Source: an uncultured Planctomycetaceae bacterium
Lineage (GTDB): Bacteria > Planctomycetota > UBA8742 > UBA2392
Assembly: GCA_964652605.1 (NCBI GenBank)
Contig: CAZZBH010000002.1
Coordinates: forward strand, 5,956-69,955
Direction: 5' to 3'
Length of the DNA: 64,000 bases
A model generated the notes under the pieces. It made no database searches. It was not told where the DNA came from and saw only the letters and a program-made list of their open reading frames with translations. Positions 41,367 to 50,270 of the stretch are shown piece after piece (the stretch's first letter is position 1; every line of letters starts with the position of its first letter). The position numbers and the translations under genes were made by a program.

Positions 41367-42064
41367 TCACTCAGAAGCCATGACCCGTATGATATCGGTT
41401 TGCCGCAAGATGCAAATGAGGACTTTAGAATCGGACGACGTTCATTGGCGACCCAGATCCCGACGTTCCATCGACGAGCCGACTCAATAAACGTTTCATT
41501 TCGGGGCCGATTGGGAAGCAGAACATACGACTCGTGAGCAAACCAGCGGTGCGCCGATGCCTGTTCCAGCACCCGTTTCGAAGCGCTCATTTTAGCTTCA
41601 AATGCCACGATCCGCGACACTGGGAACAAACCTGCAAGTGCAGCGAGTCGCCACCGCGAGTTGCTGAGTCGCGTATAGCCGGCAAGCTGAAGTTTCAAAA
41701 GGCTCGCTTCAGCCGTTGCCCCACAGTAGGCACGAACCGTCGACAGGCAGGACGGTCCTAAACTGAATAGTAGCTGCGCTACTCGAAAGTCCGCCTTACC
41801 AAGGCACACGCCGGCGTCGGTCGGTGTTGCCCGCTCAGCCTTGCGAGACACAATCACGGCGTCCGGGTACGTGCCGTCGAGCAACGGCTCCACAAATGCA
41901 ATTCGTTGGGCCGGTGAGTGCATAGACCGATCGAGTTGGTTGAGAAAAGAAATGAGCATCGACGCTTCGGCGCCCGAACGCTCTGAGCGCAACACGAGAT
42001 CCGGCACGACCTCGCCACGGCCGCCGCCATTCTGCACCACAATGAAGCCTCTTGACTTTTTCAT
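41342..42064 (-). CDS. Hypothetical protein with possible PD-(D/E)xK-like motif (first gene of the kinase operon)
   Basis: ..YPDAVIV... and ..RIVAFEAKMS.. resemble D...ExK. It overlaps the kinase start by 25 nt. Confidence 0.3.
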   Translation of the reverse strand: MKKSRGFIVVQNGGGRGEVVPDLVLRSERSGAEASMLISFLNQLDRSMHSPAQRIAFVEPLLDGTYPDAVIVSRKAERATPTDAGVCLGKADFRVAQLLFSLGPSCLSTVRAYCGATAEASLLKLQLAGYTRLSNSRWRLAALAGLFPVSRIVAFEAKMSASKRVLEQASAHRWFAHESYVLLPNRPRNETFIESARRWNVGIWVANERRPILKSSFASCGKPISYGSWLLSEWASRLAA

Positions 42065-42621
42065 TCACCGTTTTCCGTAGGTGTCCCCGAACGATGATCG
42101 GTACATTACTTGGCCTGAACTTTAGTTGAAGTCTCCGTGTTAGCGGTGCATCCACCTCGCTACTGCAATGACGGACCCCCAGCGTGCGCCGGAAGGACAC
42201 GGCGGAGCCTTGTGCCAGTAGAGCAGCTCAATCTTGCTGTTCGTCCCTGCGCCGGTCGGGCAACCAGTCCATTCGGCAACGAGAAGTTTCCTCGCAAGGC
42301 GTCATCACTCGCTGTTTACACGCGACTGTTTTTCCGGGTTTTGGTTACTCACCGTCGTCACAACCGGGCGCTTTCCTAGCGATAGGGGTGCGCTTGGCTG
42401 CCGACTGTTTCGGTGGGGCGCGCCTCGGCTAGAGACAGGAGGTGTATCATGGCTAGGGGCCTTGGAGGTCACGGGCGTGGGGTGTCGGGCGTAAAGCCGG
42501 CGCAGGTTCGGGTGAACCTGAACAACCATGCCAATCAGGGCAACAGCAACAACGCTGCCTATCACTCGTCTCGGGGAACTTCTCTCCCGACGGGTGGTAC
42601 CGGTGCTAAAGGCTCTGGCAA

Positions 42622-44688
42622 GTGACCAAGTTGGATGGCGGGAGGCAGGTGCCTCCCGCCATCCCCGACCAAGGAACGAACATGATCCCTGAGATCGAAC
42701 GCGACGCCATGCACCCCGATCGCGCGTTAGCTCCCTACAGCGGCGCGCTTCTTGGCGCACTGGTCAAGGCCTTTGATCTTGATGATGAGGCAGTGGTGGG
42801 AGCGGAGAGCGTGGTCGGGGGTCGTTACTCGGTGCCCTACGTGCTGCGCAAGGAAACAACACAGGACTACTTCCGCGGGCGACGCCCGATCAAGCAGAAT
42901 TCCGAAGAGGAGATCGTCGAGGCCGTCTGCTGGGGGCTGGTACGGGCCGGAATTGTCCCACCGGTTCAGTTACCTCCAAATGCTGCGACAGGGCTGCCGG
43001 GTGGCGGCATCTATGAGCTAGTCTACCTTGGCATCAGACACCTGCTCTGGGCGTGGGATGGTGTACGCGGCAGTGTGTCCAGTCTGTCGGCCTCGGTGAC
43101 GAACCCGAAAACCGCCGCGCTTCCATTCATGCGGTTGTTTGCAATAGATCTTGCCCTGCGTCTTCAAGCATTGCTTCTGCTGACGGCTGTCGACTTCAGC
43201 GCATCGGATTCAGTTGCATGGGCCACACCTGACGGACGAGGTTGGCTTCTGCAACGTTGGTTTGAGCGCGCCGGAACGAATGCGCCAACGAAAACGGGGC
43301 TTGCAGCTCGGCTGACCGGCTTCGTCGAACACCGAGATGGGGCGTCACATCAGGCAGTTGGCTACTGGTTGGACGGTTCGCGCACCCCGAGCGCCCAGCA
43401 TATGATCGAACTCGCCCGTGAGTTCAGTTCGCTCGATACGGGGGAGTCGGAAGAGGCGCTGCTTGCCCAGATGCGCCGATTCTACGGGCTCTGGCGACTG
43501 GGGGAGATGCTATCGAAGGTTGTGGGCTGGGATGTAGTTCAGGACGCAGCGGCCCGAATCTCCCGGTACATCGATTCCGGCCAAGCATTGGTACGACTAT
43601 CTGGGGACGTGCGCTCAAGTTCGGTTCAGCAGCTCCTCGTGTGCGACGTGGCAATGGGTCTCTGGAAGCAAGGAGGTGAACATGGCGCCGCGTCGCTGAC
43701 CGGGTACATGGAGAAGGGATTGATCTGGCGTGGGCCTTGGACCAAATCGGAGACCGACCCCGTTTGGAAAACGGACCTGCTGGTATGCGGATCTACGGCA
43801 AAGCTCGTGAGCGGCCACTCTGGCGATGCACTCGCGTATGGTGTTGAGCGCCAACTCTTGCCTTTTACAACACGAATCCAACACTGCTATCAGCGCGGCG
43901 CTGCATGGGAGGCAGTCACGAGGGCAGTGCCTGAGCTTGCGGATGCCAAGTTGCCTCCGCCCTTCGATCACGAATCCACCTACCGACTGATGAACTCTTA
44001 CCACCGCCTTTGGCCACCCGAGCTGCGGGCTCCTTGGGAAGCGCTCTCGCGCTCTCATCCCACGCTGCTCGCCAACCAGTACGAGCAGATGGCGGCGGAC
44101 GAGCAGGTATGGGGATTCTACGAGGACGCAATCGAGTATTGGAAGCTCGCAATCCAGAACGCGCCCGATGACGCCTACAAGCTGTTTCGACTGGGAGCCC
44201 TGTACGGCGAGGTAGGCGAGGTCGAGGCAGCCAAGGGTTGCCTACGACGTGCAAGTGACCTCGACCCGCTTTGGCTTCAACCCACGCTCGAAATCGGCCG
44301 GATTCTCATGCACGTCGGGCAGTATCAGGACGCGCTGGCACACCTCCAAAAGGTGCCACCAGAGGCCATGAACACCCACGTCTTTGGGCAGTACCTTCTT
44401 GGTCACGCCTTCGCTGCACAAGGTCAGCTAAAGGAGGCCGCTGCCGCGTTCGAACGCCTCACGGAGCTTCAGTCGGACAACGCCGGCGCGTTTGCGGAGG
44501 CTTCCCTGAGCCTCTTTCAGGCTTTGAAAGCCAACCCGAACACGGCGGATCGCAAAGTAACCATCAGTCGCGGGAAGGAGTGGGCGAAGAAGGCAGCGTT
44601 GATGGGCGACGACAGAGCGAAGGCGGCGTGGACTGAGAGTGCTGGCGGCACCAAGTCTCCGAAAAAGCGCCGAAAGCCCAAAAAATAG
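42622..44688 (+). CDS. TPR-repeat protein with unknown N-terminal domain and a basic C-terminal tail
   Basis: The C-terminal third has clear TPR-like repeats (AYKLFRLGALYGEVGEVEAAKGCLRRASDLDP..; QYLLGHAFAAQGQLKEAAAAFERLTEL). The tail is KSPKKRRKPKK. Confidence 0.45.
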   Translation: MTKLDGGRQVPPAIPDQGTNMIPEIERDAMHPDRALAPYSGALLGALVKAFDLDDEAVVGAESVVGGRYSVPYVLRKETTQDYFRGRRPIKQNSEEEIVEAVCWGLVRAGIVPPVQLPPNAATGLPGGGIYELVYLGIRHLLWAWDGVRGSVSSLSASVTNPKTAALPFMRLFAIDLALRLQALLLLTAVDFSASDSVAWATPDGRGWLLQRWFERAGTNAPTKTGLAARLTGFVEHRDGASHQAVGYWLDGSRTPSAQHMIELAREFSSLDTGESEEALLAQMRRFYGLWRLGEMLSKVVGWDVVQDAAARISRYIDSGQALVRLSGDVRSSSVQQLLVCDVAMGLWKQGGEHGAASLTGYMEKGLIWRGPWTKSETDPVWKTDLLVCGSTAKLVSGHSGDALAYGVERQLLPFTTRIQHCYQRGAAWEAVTRAVPELADAKLPPPFDHESTYRLMNSYHRLWPPELRAPWEALSRSHPTLLANQYEQMAADEQVWGFYEDAIEYWKLAIQNAPDDAYKLFRLGALYGEVGEVEAAKGCLRRASDLDPLWLQPTLEIGRILMHVGQYQDALAHLQKVPPEAMNTHVFGQYLLGHAFAAQGQLKEAAAAFERLTELQSDNAGAFAEASLSLFQALKANPNTADRKVTISRGKEWAKKAALMGDDRAKAAWTESAGGTKSPKKRRKPKK

Positions 44689-44826
44689 CCGGTTTTGGGG
44701 CATAAGAACATGGATGGATCCCGTAGCCGCAATACGGCCCCGGGGTTCGAGCAATTCCGCGGCGTCGGCTATGGGAGTCGGCGCCTTTCATGTTCTCGGC
44801 CCTGCTTGGGCCTGATCGGAGGATGC

Positions 44827-45855
44827 ATGTCTGACACATCCGTGCTGGAAGACCGCCCGGTGGCGGCTGCTCGACACATTCTGGGGCAACTGAACGCAAG
44901 GCCGGACTCGCGGTTAGGAGAACTACGCAATCGACTGACCCGTTTGGCGGACGACCAGCGCGACATCGTCGTCAACACGCGCGAAGTGGCGATGGCGCCA
45001 GTTGATGGGGCGCTGATGGTCGGAGGCAATGAACGCTATGAGCTTCGCGAGCACGCCTTTGGCCAGATAGCCGCCAAGCTTCAGATTCCGGCGCACTACC
45101 TGCGTCGCTGTGACCCTGAATTGCGCTCGCGCAACGTCAATCGGTGGCTTCGCGATGCGGACCGCGATGTCATGCTTCGGCTGGAAGGCAGCGAAGTCCG
45201 CGCCGTCCTTTCCGGGTCGTACCGTGTCATCAACCATGTCGACATTCTCGGGTGGCTTGAGTCGCGATTGGGCGAGGAGACGCCAGTCCGATACGAACTG
45301 ACGGACGGCTACCTCGACCTGCAGGTGATCGGCAGATCTGAAGATGGGCTTTCCAATGCCCGCAAGGATGTGCTGCATCGCGGGCTGCACCTGCGGAACA
45401 GTGAGGTCGGGCTCGCACGTGTCAACATCAGCGCTTTGGTGTACCGCACGATCTGCCTCAATGGGCTGGTCATGGGCGCAGGCCGCTGGGCTTATCAGCG
45501 CCGGCACGTTGGCAAGGCGGAGATTGCCGATCAGGTGCGGGAGGCCTTCGACCGCGCACTCGACCTTTCCGGTCAGGCGGCAACAGCCTTCGCAGGCACT
45601 CGCGGCATTCAAGTCGCCGAGCCCGAGAAAGCACTTGACCGGATAGTCGGCCGGTACGAATTGGGTGAAGACGAAGGTGTGGCCATCCGCAGCGCCTACC
45701 AGCAGGAACCGGGCCAGACGCTGTACAACGTCATCAACGCGCTTACCCGGGCCGGCAATGACAACGCGCTCGCATTGGAAAGCCGACACAAACTCCAAAC
45801 CCTTGGCGGTCGGCTCACCGACCTCTCCGCCGCAGGCCGGTGGATCGATAACTAA
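44827..45855 (+). CDS. DUF932-like (phage/plasmid-related, TIGR03299-type) protein
   Basis: ..LSGSYRVINHVDILGWL.. and ..YNVINALTRAGNDN.. fit the DUF932 pattern. I placed the start at MSDTSV (GGAGG 5 nt upstream) rather than the track's 44695. Confidence 0.45.
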   Translation: MSDTSVLEDRPVAAARHILGQLNARPDSRLGELRNRLTRLADDQRDIVVNTREVAMAPVDGALMVGGNERYELREHAFGQIAAKLQIPAHYLRRCDPELRSRNVNRWLRDADRDVMLRLEGSEVRAVLSGSYRVINHVDILGWLESRLGEETPVRYELTDGYLDLQVIGRSEDGLSNARKDVLHRGLHLRNSEVGLARVNISALVYRTICLNGLVMGAGRWAYQRRHVGKAEIADQVREAFDRALDLSGQAATAFAGTRGIQVAEPEKALDRIVGRYELGEDEGVAIRSAYQQEPGQTLYNVINALTRAGNDNALALESRHKLQTLGGRLTDLSAAGRWIDN

Positions 45856-45863
45856 CATCGTCC

Positions 45864-45890
45864 GGGGGGGGGGGGGGGGGGGGGGGGGGG
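45864..45890 (+). repeat. Homopolymeric G27 tract
   Basis: 27 consecutive G begin 9 nt after the DUF932 gene stop. Confidence 0.9.
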
Positions 45891-46094
45891 CCGTAAAGCG
45901 CCTCGTCACTGTGGTGCAGGTTGCCTTCGAGAGGTTATCGATGCTTTTGGCTGGAACGCTCGCGCTTGGTGCGAGGGGGCACGATGATTCCTCCGGGGTG
46001 TCTTGTCGCACTCCCGTGTATACTTGGCGATCACACACGGCGCACTGATCCTGCGACCGCTAATTCACATCTTTCCTTTTGAACAGGAGTCGAC

Positions 46095-46448
46095 ATGAGC
46101 AAGGCAGAGTCCGACCCCGTCGAGTTGAAGAACCACGCTGCCGCCGCACGACGTAACCCTTCAGCGTACAGCGGTACGGTAAAGGTGGAGGGGCTACCTA
46201 AGGAGGTGTCGGTCAAAAGAGCTGCTGAGGATGTAGAGTGCGGGCCGATTTTGGATCGTCATGGACGATGGGCCATTACGGAGTATGGCATCGAATGCCT
46301 TGGGCTTAGGTACCCCATAGCCTCGAACCGCGTTCATGAGAACGATTGGCTGCGTCACCTTAGTCAGAAGACTTGGTTCAGTGTCGACGATGAGCGTGAT
46401 TTCGTTGCGATATGGAATAGGGCGAAGGAACGGTGGCCGGCGGAGTGA
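46095..46448 (+). CDS. Hypothetical protein
   Basis: A 117-aa ORF with GGAG-like RBS context (aacaggagtcgacATG). Confidence 0.35.
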   Translation: MSKAESDPVELKNHAAAARRNPSAYSGTVKVEGLPKEVSVKRAAEDVECGPILDRHGRWAITEYGIECLGLRYPIASNRVHENDWLRHLSQKTWFSVDDERDFVAIWNRAKERWPAE

Positions 46449-46845
46449 ACACAAGAGCGAACTGTTACATCGCAACTTCGAAAGCATCCGGCCACTTCTT
46501 CCGCAGGCCGTACGCGCGCGGCCAAGGTGAACAGGGCGGCGGTCACCCCTGCTCTGCAGCCTTGAGATACCACTGGAACGCGGCGACCTCAGGCATCGGG
46601 CGCACCAGCCACTGTGCAGGCAGTCGCCGTAATCCAATTGCGCCTAGAGAGAACCGCCATTGACGACGGCTTCGATGCCTACATATGTTTGCGCCAGCAC
46701 CTCCTGCGAGACGCCCTTCCATGCAACGTACAGCCAAGCTGCCGCTAGCGCTCGTTCAGGCGCATCGAGTGGGCGATTCTATTCGGGCGAAGTCTTCGCT
46801 TGACCGTCACCGAGGTTTGGGCTGCGGTGCGAGAGTCTGCGCCGC

Positions 46846-47178
46846 TCAATTCATCACGCTTCGGAAGTCCGTGGCTATATTCGGCCGATGGATGCATGCC
46901 TTGATCTGCTGCTCAGCAACTTGTGTTGCTTCAACGGCATCTCGACCGGGGCAGTCGAACTGCGTTGGACAGCCAAGTAGCCCGTGCCCCTCTTCGAAGG
47001 TGAGTTCGATCTTCCAGTGCCGTTCAGGGGTTTGGACCTTGCGTACCCTAAAAGTTCCCGCAGCGCCGTAAGGCAGACCATGCGTGTCCCGGCCCGTGAT
47101 CCTCGTAGGGAAGTTCCAATAGTCATCGTCCACCATTTTGACCTCCGATGTGAATCCGAGCGCTGACCATTCGTGCAA
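46846..47178 (-). CDS. Hypothetical protein
   Basis: A 110-aa ORF, isolated, with no family recognised. Confidence 0.25.
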   Translation of the reverse strand: MHEWSALGFTSEVKMVDDDYWNFPTRITGRDTHGLPYGAAGTFRVRKVQTPERHWKIELTFEEGHGLLGCPTQFDCPGRDAVEATQVAEQQIKACIHRPNIATDFRSVMN

Positions 47179-47276
47179 CCTGTGCCGTCCGTGCTCCTGC
47201 CGTGAATGAGACCATCATGCCCTGATGCCGGGGGGCGTTGCAAGGACATCCGCCTTTACCGATCCAAGGAGAAACC

Positions 47277-49031
47277 ATGCGTACGCAGCTTTGTGTTCGC
47301 GCCGATGCAGCAAGCATTCTGCGGGAAATCTTGAACTACTTCAGTGACAACCTTGCCTGCATTCAGGAGTTGCTTCAGAACGCACGCCGTGCTGAGGCTT
47401 CCGAGGTGCGGGTTGAGATCGACACCTGCGCTGGCACGGTCACAGTGGCCGACAACGGCCACGGCGTGATCGACCCTGAGGACCTGCTCAATATCGGCAA
47501 GTCCGAATGGAATGAAGGCGTCAGTGCCGAGCAGCCCGCCGGCATGGGCCTGTTCAGCGTGTTCAAGCTGGGCGGCTTGGCCGAGGTGCGCTCCGGCCGC
47601 TGGCGTCTCACTCTGGACTACGCCGCCATGTGTGCCGGCAAGCCCGCCGTCTACGAAGGCCTGCTGCCTGCATTGAAGGGCACGCAGGTCACCGTCAGCC
47701 GTCTGCACCATGATTTTGGCTGCGACGACATGCCCCACGTCGAGGGCTACGCCGAGCGCTGGGAGCGTCAGGCGGCATTCATGCCCTTTCGGACCACGAT
47801 CGTCGTGGACGACGCCAGCAGAGTAGTCGAGCCCTTCAACCCGCTGCCCGTACCTGCAGGGACACTTCGCGTCGACACCGCTTGGGGCTTCATCGACATC
47901 CACACCCAGACACCAGATCGCGGTTGCTACAGCGAGGTCGTGCTGATCCAGCAGGGCATTCCCCTGCCGCTGAAGCGCATCGAGCACTTCGGACGCTCAT
48001 CAGACAGCCCGTGGGTGCGGATTCACGCGCGGCCGGGGACGGTCAACTTCACGCTGCCAGACCGCGACGCAGTGCTCGACGACGCCAAGTTCCGCTCCAT
48101 CGTCAAGGAAGTGAAGAAGGCCTGCGTGGATGCCGTGGTCCGTCGCATCACGGAGTTTGGCGACGACAGCGCGCGCCGGCGACTGGCTGGCTTGGTGTAC
48201 TGCTGGGACATGCTGCGCGTGGTCGAGCTGCCGGAGGACCTGCAGCGCATTCGCGTCCGCTTGGACCGCGACTACCTGAACACGTTGACACGCAAGGAGG
48301 CAGCCGCGGCCATAGCCAAAGGCAGCATCGCGTGCTCGTTCGAGCCCGGTTTTCATTCGGCGTTCGAGCTGGTGCCCGTGGACCTGATGCTGCTGCCCCA
48401 ATCCGAGGTGCCGCTGTTCAAGGCCATGTTTCCTAACGTGCCGGTGGTCAGCGACATCGAGTTCGCCATCAGCGCCGATGATCGCAGTGACCTGTTGTGG
48501 CATTGCGGGGAAATCACGCTCAAGTTCGACAGCGGCGAGAAGCGCGTCGTCCAGCCGGTGCCGGAGCAGGCAGTGCTGGCCAACGGAGACCTCGACGGCG
48601 AATTCGCACCCGATAACCGCGAACGCGCCGCCTTCCGCAGCGGCAACGATTTTGCACTCGTCCACAGCTGTGATGATGCGGTCATGTACCCCAACCTCGA
48701 CCCGTGGTACTCGTGGCATGAGGAGGCCATGGACAGCGAGCAGGCTGAGGAGCTGTGGCGAACCAGCGATTACGCAGTGGACATCGCCGCTACATGGCCC
48801 GGTGTGCCGGCGAATGACGTGACGCCTGACGAGCTGGTCACGCTGCTGCGTGATCGGCTGGCCGACGGCAAGGAGTGCAGCTTCCGCTTCAGGGACGCGA
48901 AGTTCGAACTTGAGTGGAGCAACCGGTTGAGCATCCGCTCGATGGTCGTCGAGGTCATGGAGCACTGCAAGGTGACACGGAAGGTGCGCCTCGTTGAGAA
49001 CAGTGGCTACCTGCAAGAGGTGACGCCATGA
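47277..49031 (+). CDS. GHKL/HATPase_c-type ATPase (MORC/Hsp90-like ATP-binding fold)
   Basis: LQNARRAEASEVRVEID....VTVADNGHGV matches the Bergerat-fold N-box and G1-box. AAGGAG lies 5 nt upstream of ATG 47277. Confidence 0.6.
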   Translation: MRTQLCVRADAASILREILNYFSDNLACIQELLQNARRAEASEVRVEIDTCAGTVTVADNGHGVIDPEDLLNIGKSEWNEGVSAEQPAGMGLFSVFKLGGLAEVRSGRWRLTLDYAAMCAGKPAVYEGLLPALKGTQVTVSRLHHDFGCDDMPHVEGYAERWERQAAFMPFRTTIVVDDASRVVEPFNPLPVPAGTLRVDTAWGFIDIHTQTPDRGCYSEVVLIQQGIPLPLKRIEHFGRSSDSPWVRIHARPGTVNFTLPDRDAVLDDAKFRSIVKEVKKACVDAVVRRITEFGDDSARRRLAGLVYCWDMLRVVELPEDLQRIRVRLDRDYLNTLTRKEAAAAIAKGSIACSFEPGFHSAFELVPVDLMLLPQSEVPLFKAMFPNVPVVSDIEFAISADDRSDLLWHCGEITLKFDSGEKRVVQPVPEQAVLANGDLDGEFAPDNRERAAFRSGNDFALVHSCDDAVMYPNLDPWYSWHEEAMDSEQAEELWRTSDYAVDIAATWPGVPANDVTPDELVTLLRDRLADGKECSFRFRDAKFELEWSNRLSIRSMVVEVMEHCKVTRKVRLVENSGYLQEVTP

Positions 49032-49234
49032 CAACACCGCTCAAGCAGGGCAAGAGGCTTACCCGCGCAGTCCCGAGCCGAACCCACGACGCGCGCCGGT
49101 CGAAGCGAATGGTAGTCGAGATCGACCACACCGGCTTGTTGCCGGAGATTCGGCTTCGTCCGGTGGGCAAACGCACGGGCGTCAGCGTCACCGTTGACGG
49201 GTGCTATGAGTTGCTGGTGAAAGCCAGCCTTTGA
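49028..49234 (+). CDS. Small ORF translationally coupled to the ATPase (ATGA overlap)
   Basis: A 68-aa product whose start overlaps the ATPase stop. Confidence 0.3.
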   Translation: MTTPLKQGKRLTRAVPSRTHDARRSKRMVVEIDHTGLLPEIRLRPVGKRTGVSVTVDGCYELLVKASL

Positions 49235-49346
49235 TCATCCGGGCGTACCGGCGATTGAATTGCGAGATGCCTTCAAGCCAACAGATTGCCCAAGCTTCGG
49301 CGCCCCGCTTGGGCCCTAAACAACGTTCTGTTCACAAGGAGAACAC

Positions 49347-49448
49347 ATGGAATTCTTCGCCAAGGCGTTCTGGTTCACGATGGCTGCGGCAGTAGCCACG
49401 GCCCTGTTTGTGGTTGCGCTCACGCTGCTGCTTGACTACCTCCGTTGA
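49347..49448 (+). CDS. 33-aa hydrophobic peptide (below the ORF-track size cut-off)
   Basis: AAGGAGAACAC precedes the ATG and the product is MEFFAKAFWFTMAAAVATALFVVALTLLLDYLR, a single predicted TM helix. Confidence 0.3.
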   Translation: MEFFAKAFWFTMAAAVATALFVVALTLLLDYLR

Positions 49449-49574
49449 GCTTGACGGTCGGGAGCAATTGAAGCAGTCGTGCAATGGGTCAGGCCGCGCT
49501 CCTGCCGCACAGTGGATTGCCAGATCAAAAGACCGATGAAGTGATTTGAAGCCGTCTCGCGCAGGAGCGCTTAC

Positions 49575-50243
49575 CTAGTCGCTCGTGCTGAACCCACAGC
49601 GTTCCAGCAGTGCTCGACTCGGTGTTGAAAGCACGAGTAGGGCGAGAAGACATCCCAGTAGGAAGCCAATCAACCCGCCCGCTCCGGCACCAAGGAACAC
49701 GCCGGCCATTGCAGACCAACCCACTGCATACCCAAGTCCGAGCCAGCCACCGGCGAGAATCGCACATGCCGCCGCGACGACGAAACAACCCTGCTCGGTG
49801 ATGCGCTTCCAATAGAAAAGCCCCAGCGCGATTAGCCAGACGAGAGCCAACACGCTCGGTAGGCTCCACGCAGCGACCTCAGCTATGAACTCGGCTCTTA
49901 GGAGACCACCCGCTATCCCGCCGAGCGTCAAGCCCATCGCCGAAGACACGCCAATCAATTTCCGACGAAGTGGTTTCGCTTCAAGACGGCGCAAGTGCTT
50001 CAGAGATCGGAACAGCTCCGCTCCTGCAGCTCCCGCCCTTCCGAAGTACATCTCGGCATCTGCCATATGACCGGCTAGGGCAGCGGCCTTACCCAACTCG
50101 ATGCATGCCACCGCGTTGCCTTCGTCGGCCAGCGCCTTCAAGTTTGTCCGTAAGCCCTGCTTCTCAGCCATTGATGAGCGCTGCGGCAAAGAGGGCGGTT
50201 CTCTCGCGGAGGAAGTATCCGCGCTAGACGATGAGCTTGACAT
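49575..50243 (-). CDS. Multi-pass membrane protein with soluble N-terminal helical (Sel1/TPR-like) segment
   Basis: A C-terminal Gly/Ala-rich TM region follows the N-terminus ..ACIELGKAAALAGHMADAEMYFGRAGAAG... The real start may be the internal Met (MAEKQ, ~50171). Confidence 0.4.
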   Translation of the reverse strand: MSSSSSSADTSSAREPPSLPQRSSMAEKQGLRTNLKALADEGNAVACIELGKAAALAGHMADAEMYFGRAGAAGAELFRSLKHLRRLEAKPLRRKLIGVSSAMGLTLGGIAGGLLRAEFIAEVAAWSLPSVLALVWLIALGLFYWKRITEQGCFVVAAACAILAGGWLGLGYAVGWSAMAGVFLGAGAGGLIGFLLGCLLALLVLSTPSRALLERCGFSTSD

Positions 50244-50270
50244 GGAAGGGGAACCCCCTGCACGATTGCC

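Noticed and set aside
45665-46048. 127-aa ORF reading through the G27 tract (encodes a poly-Gly run)
   Set aside because: The frame exists only because of the homopolymer. There is no RBS, and it overlaps the end of the DUF932 gene.
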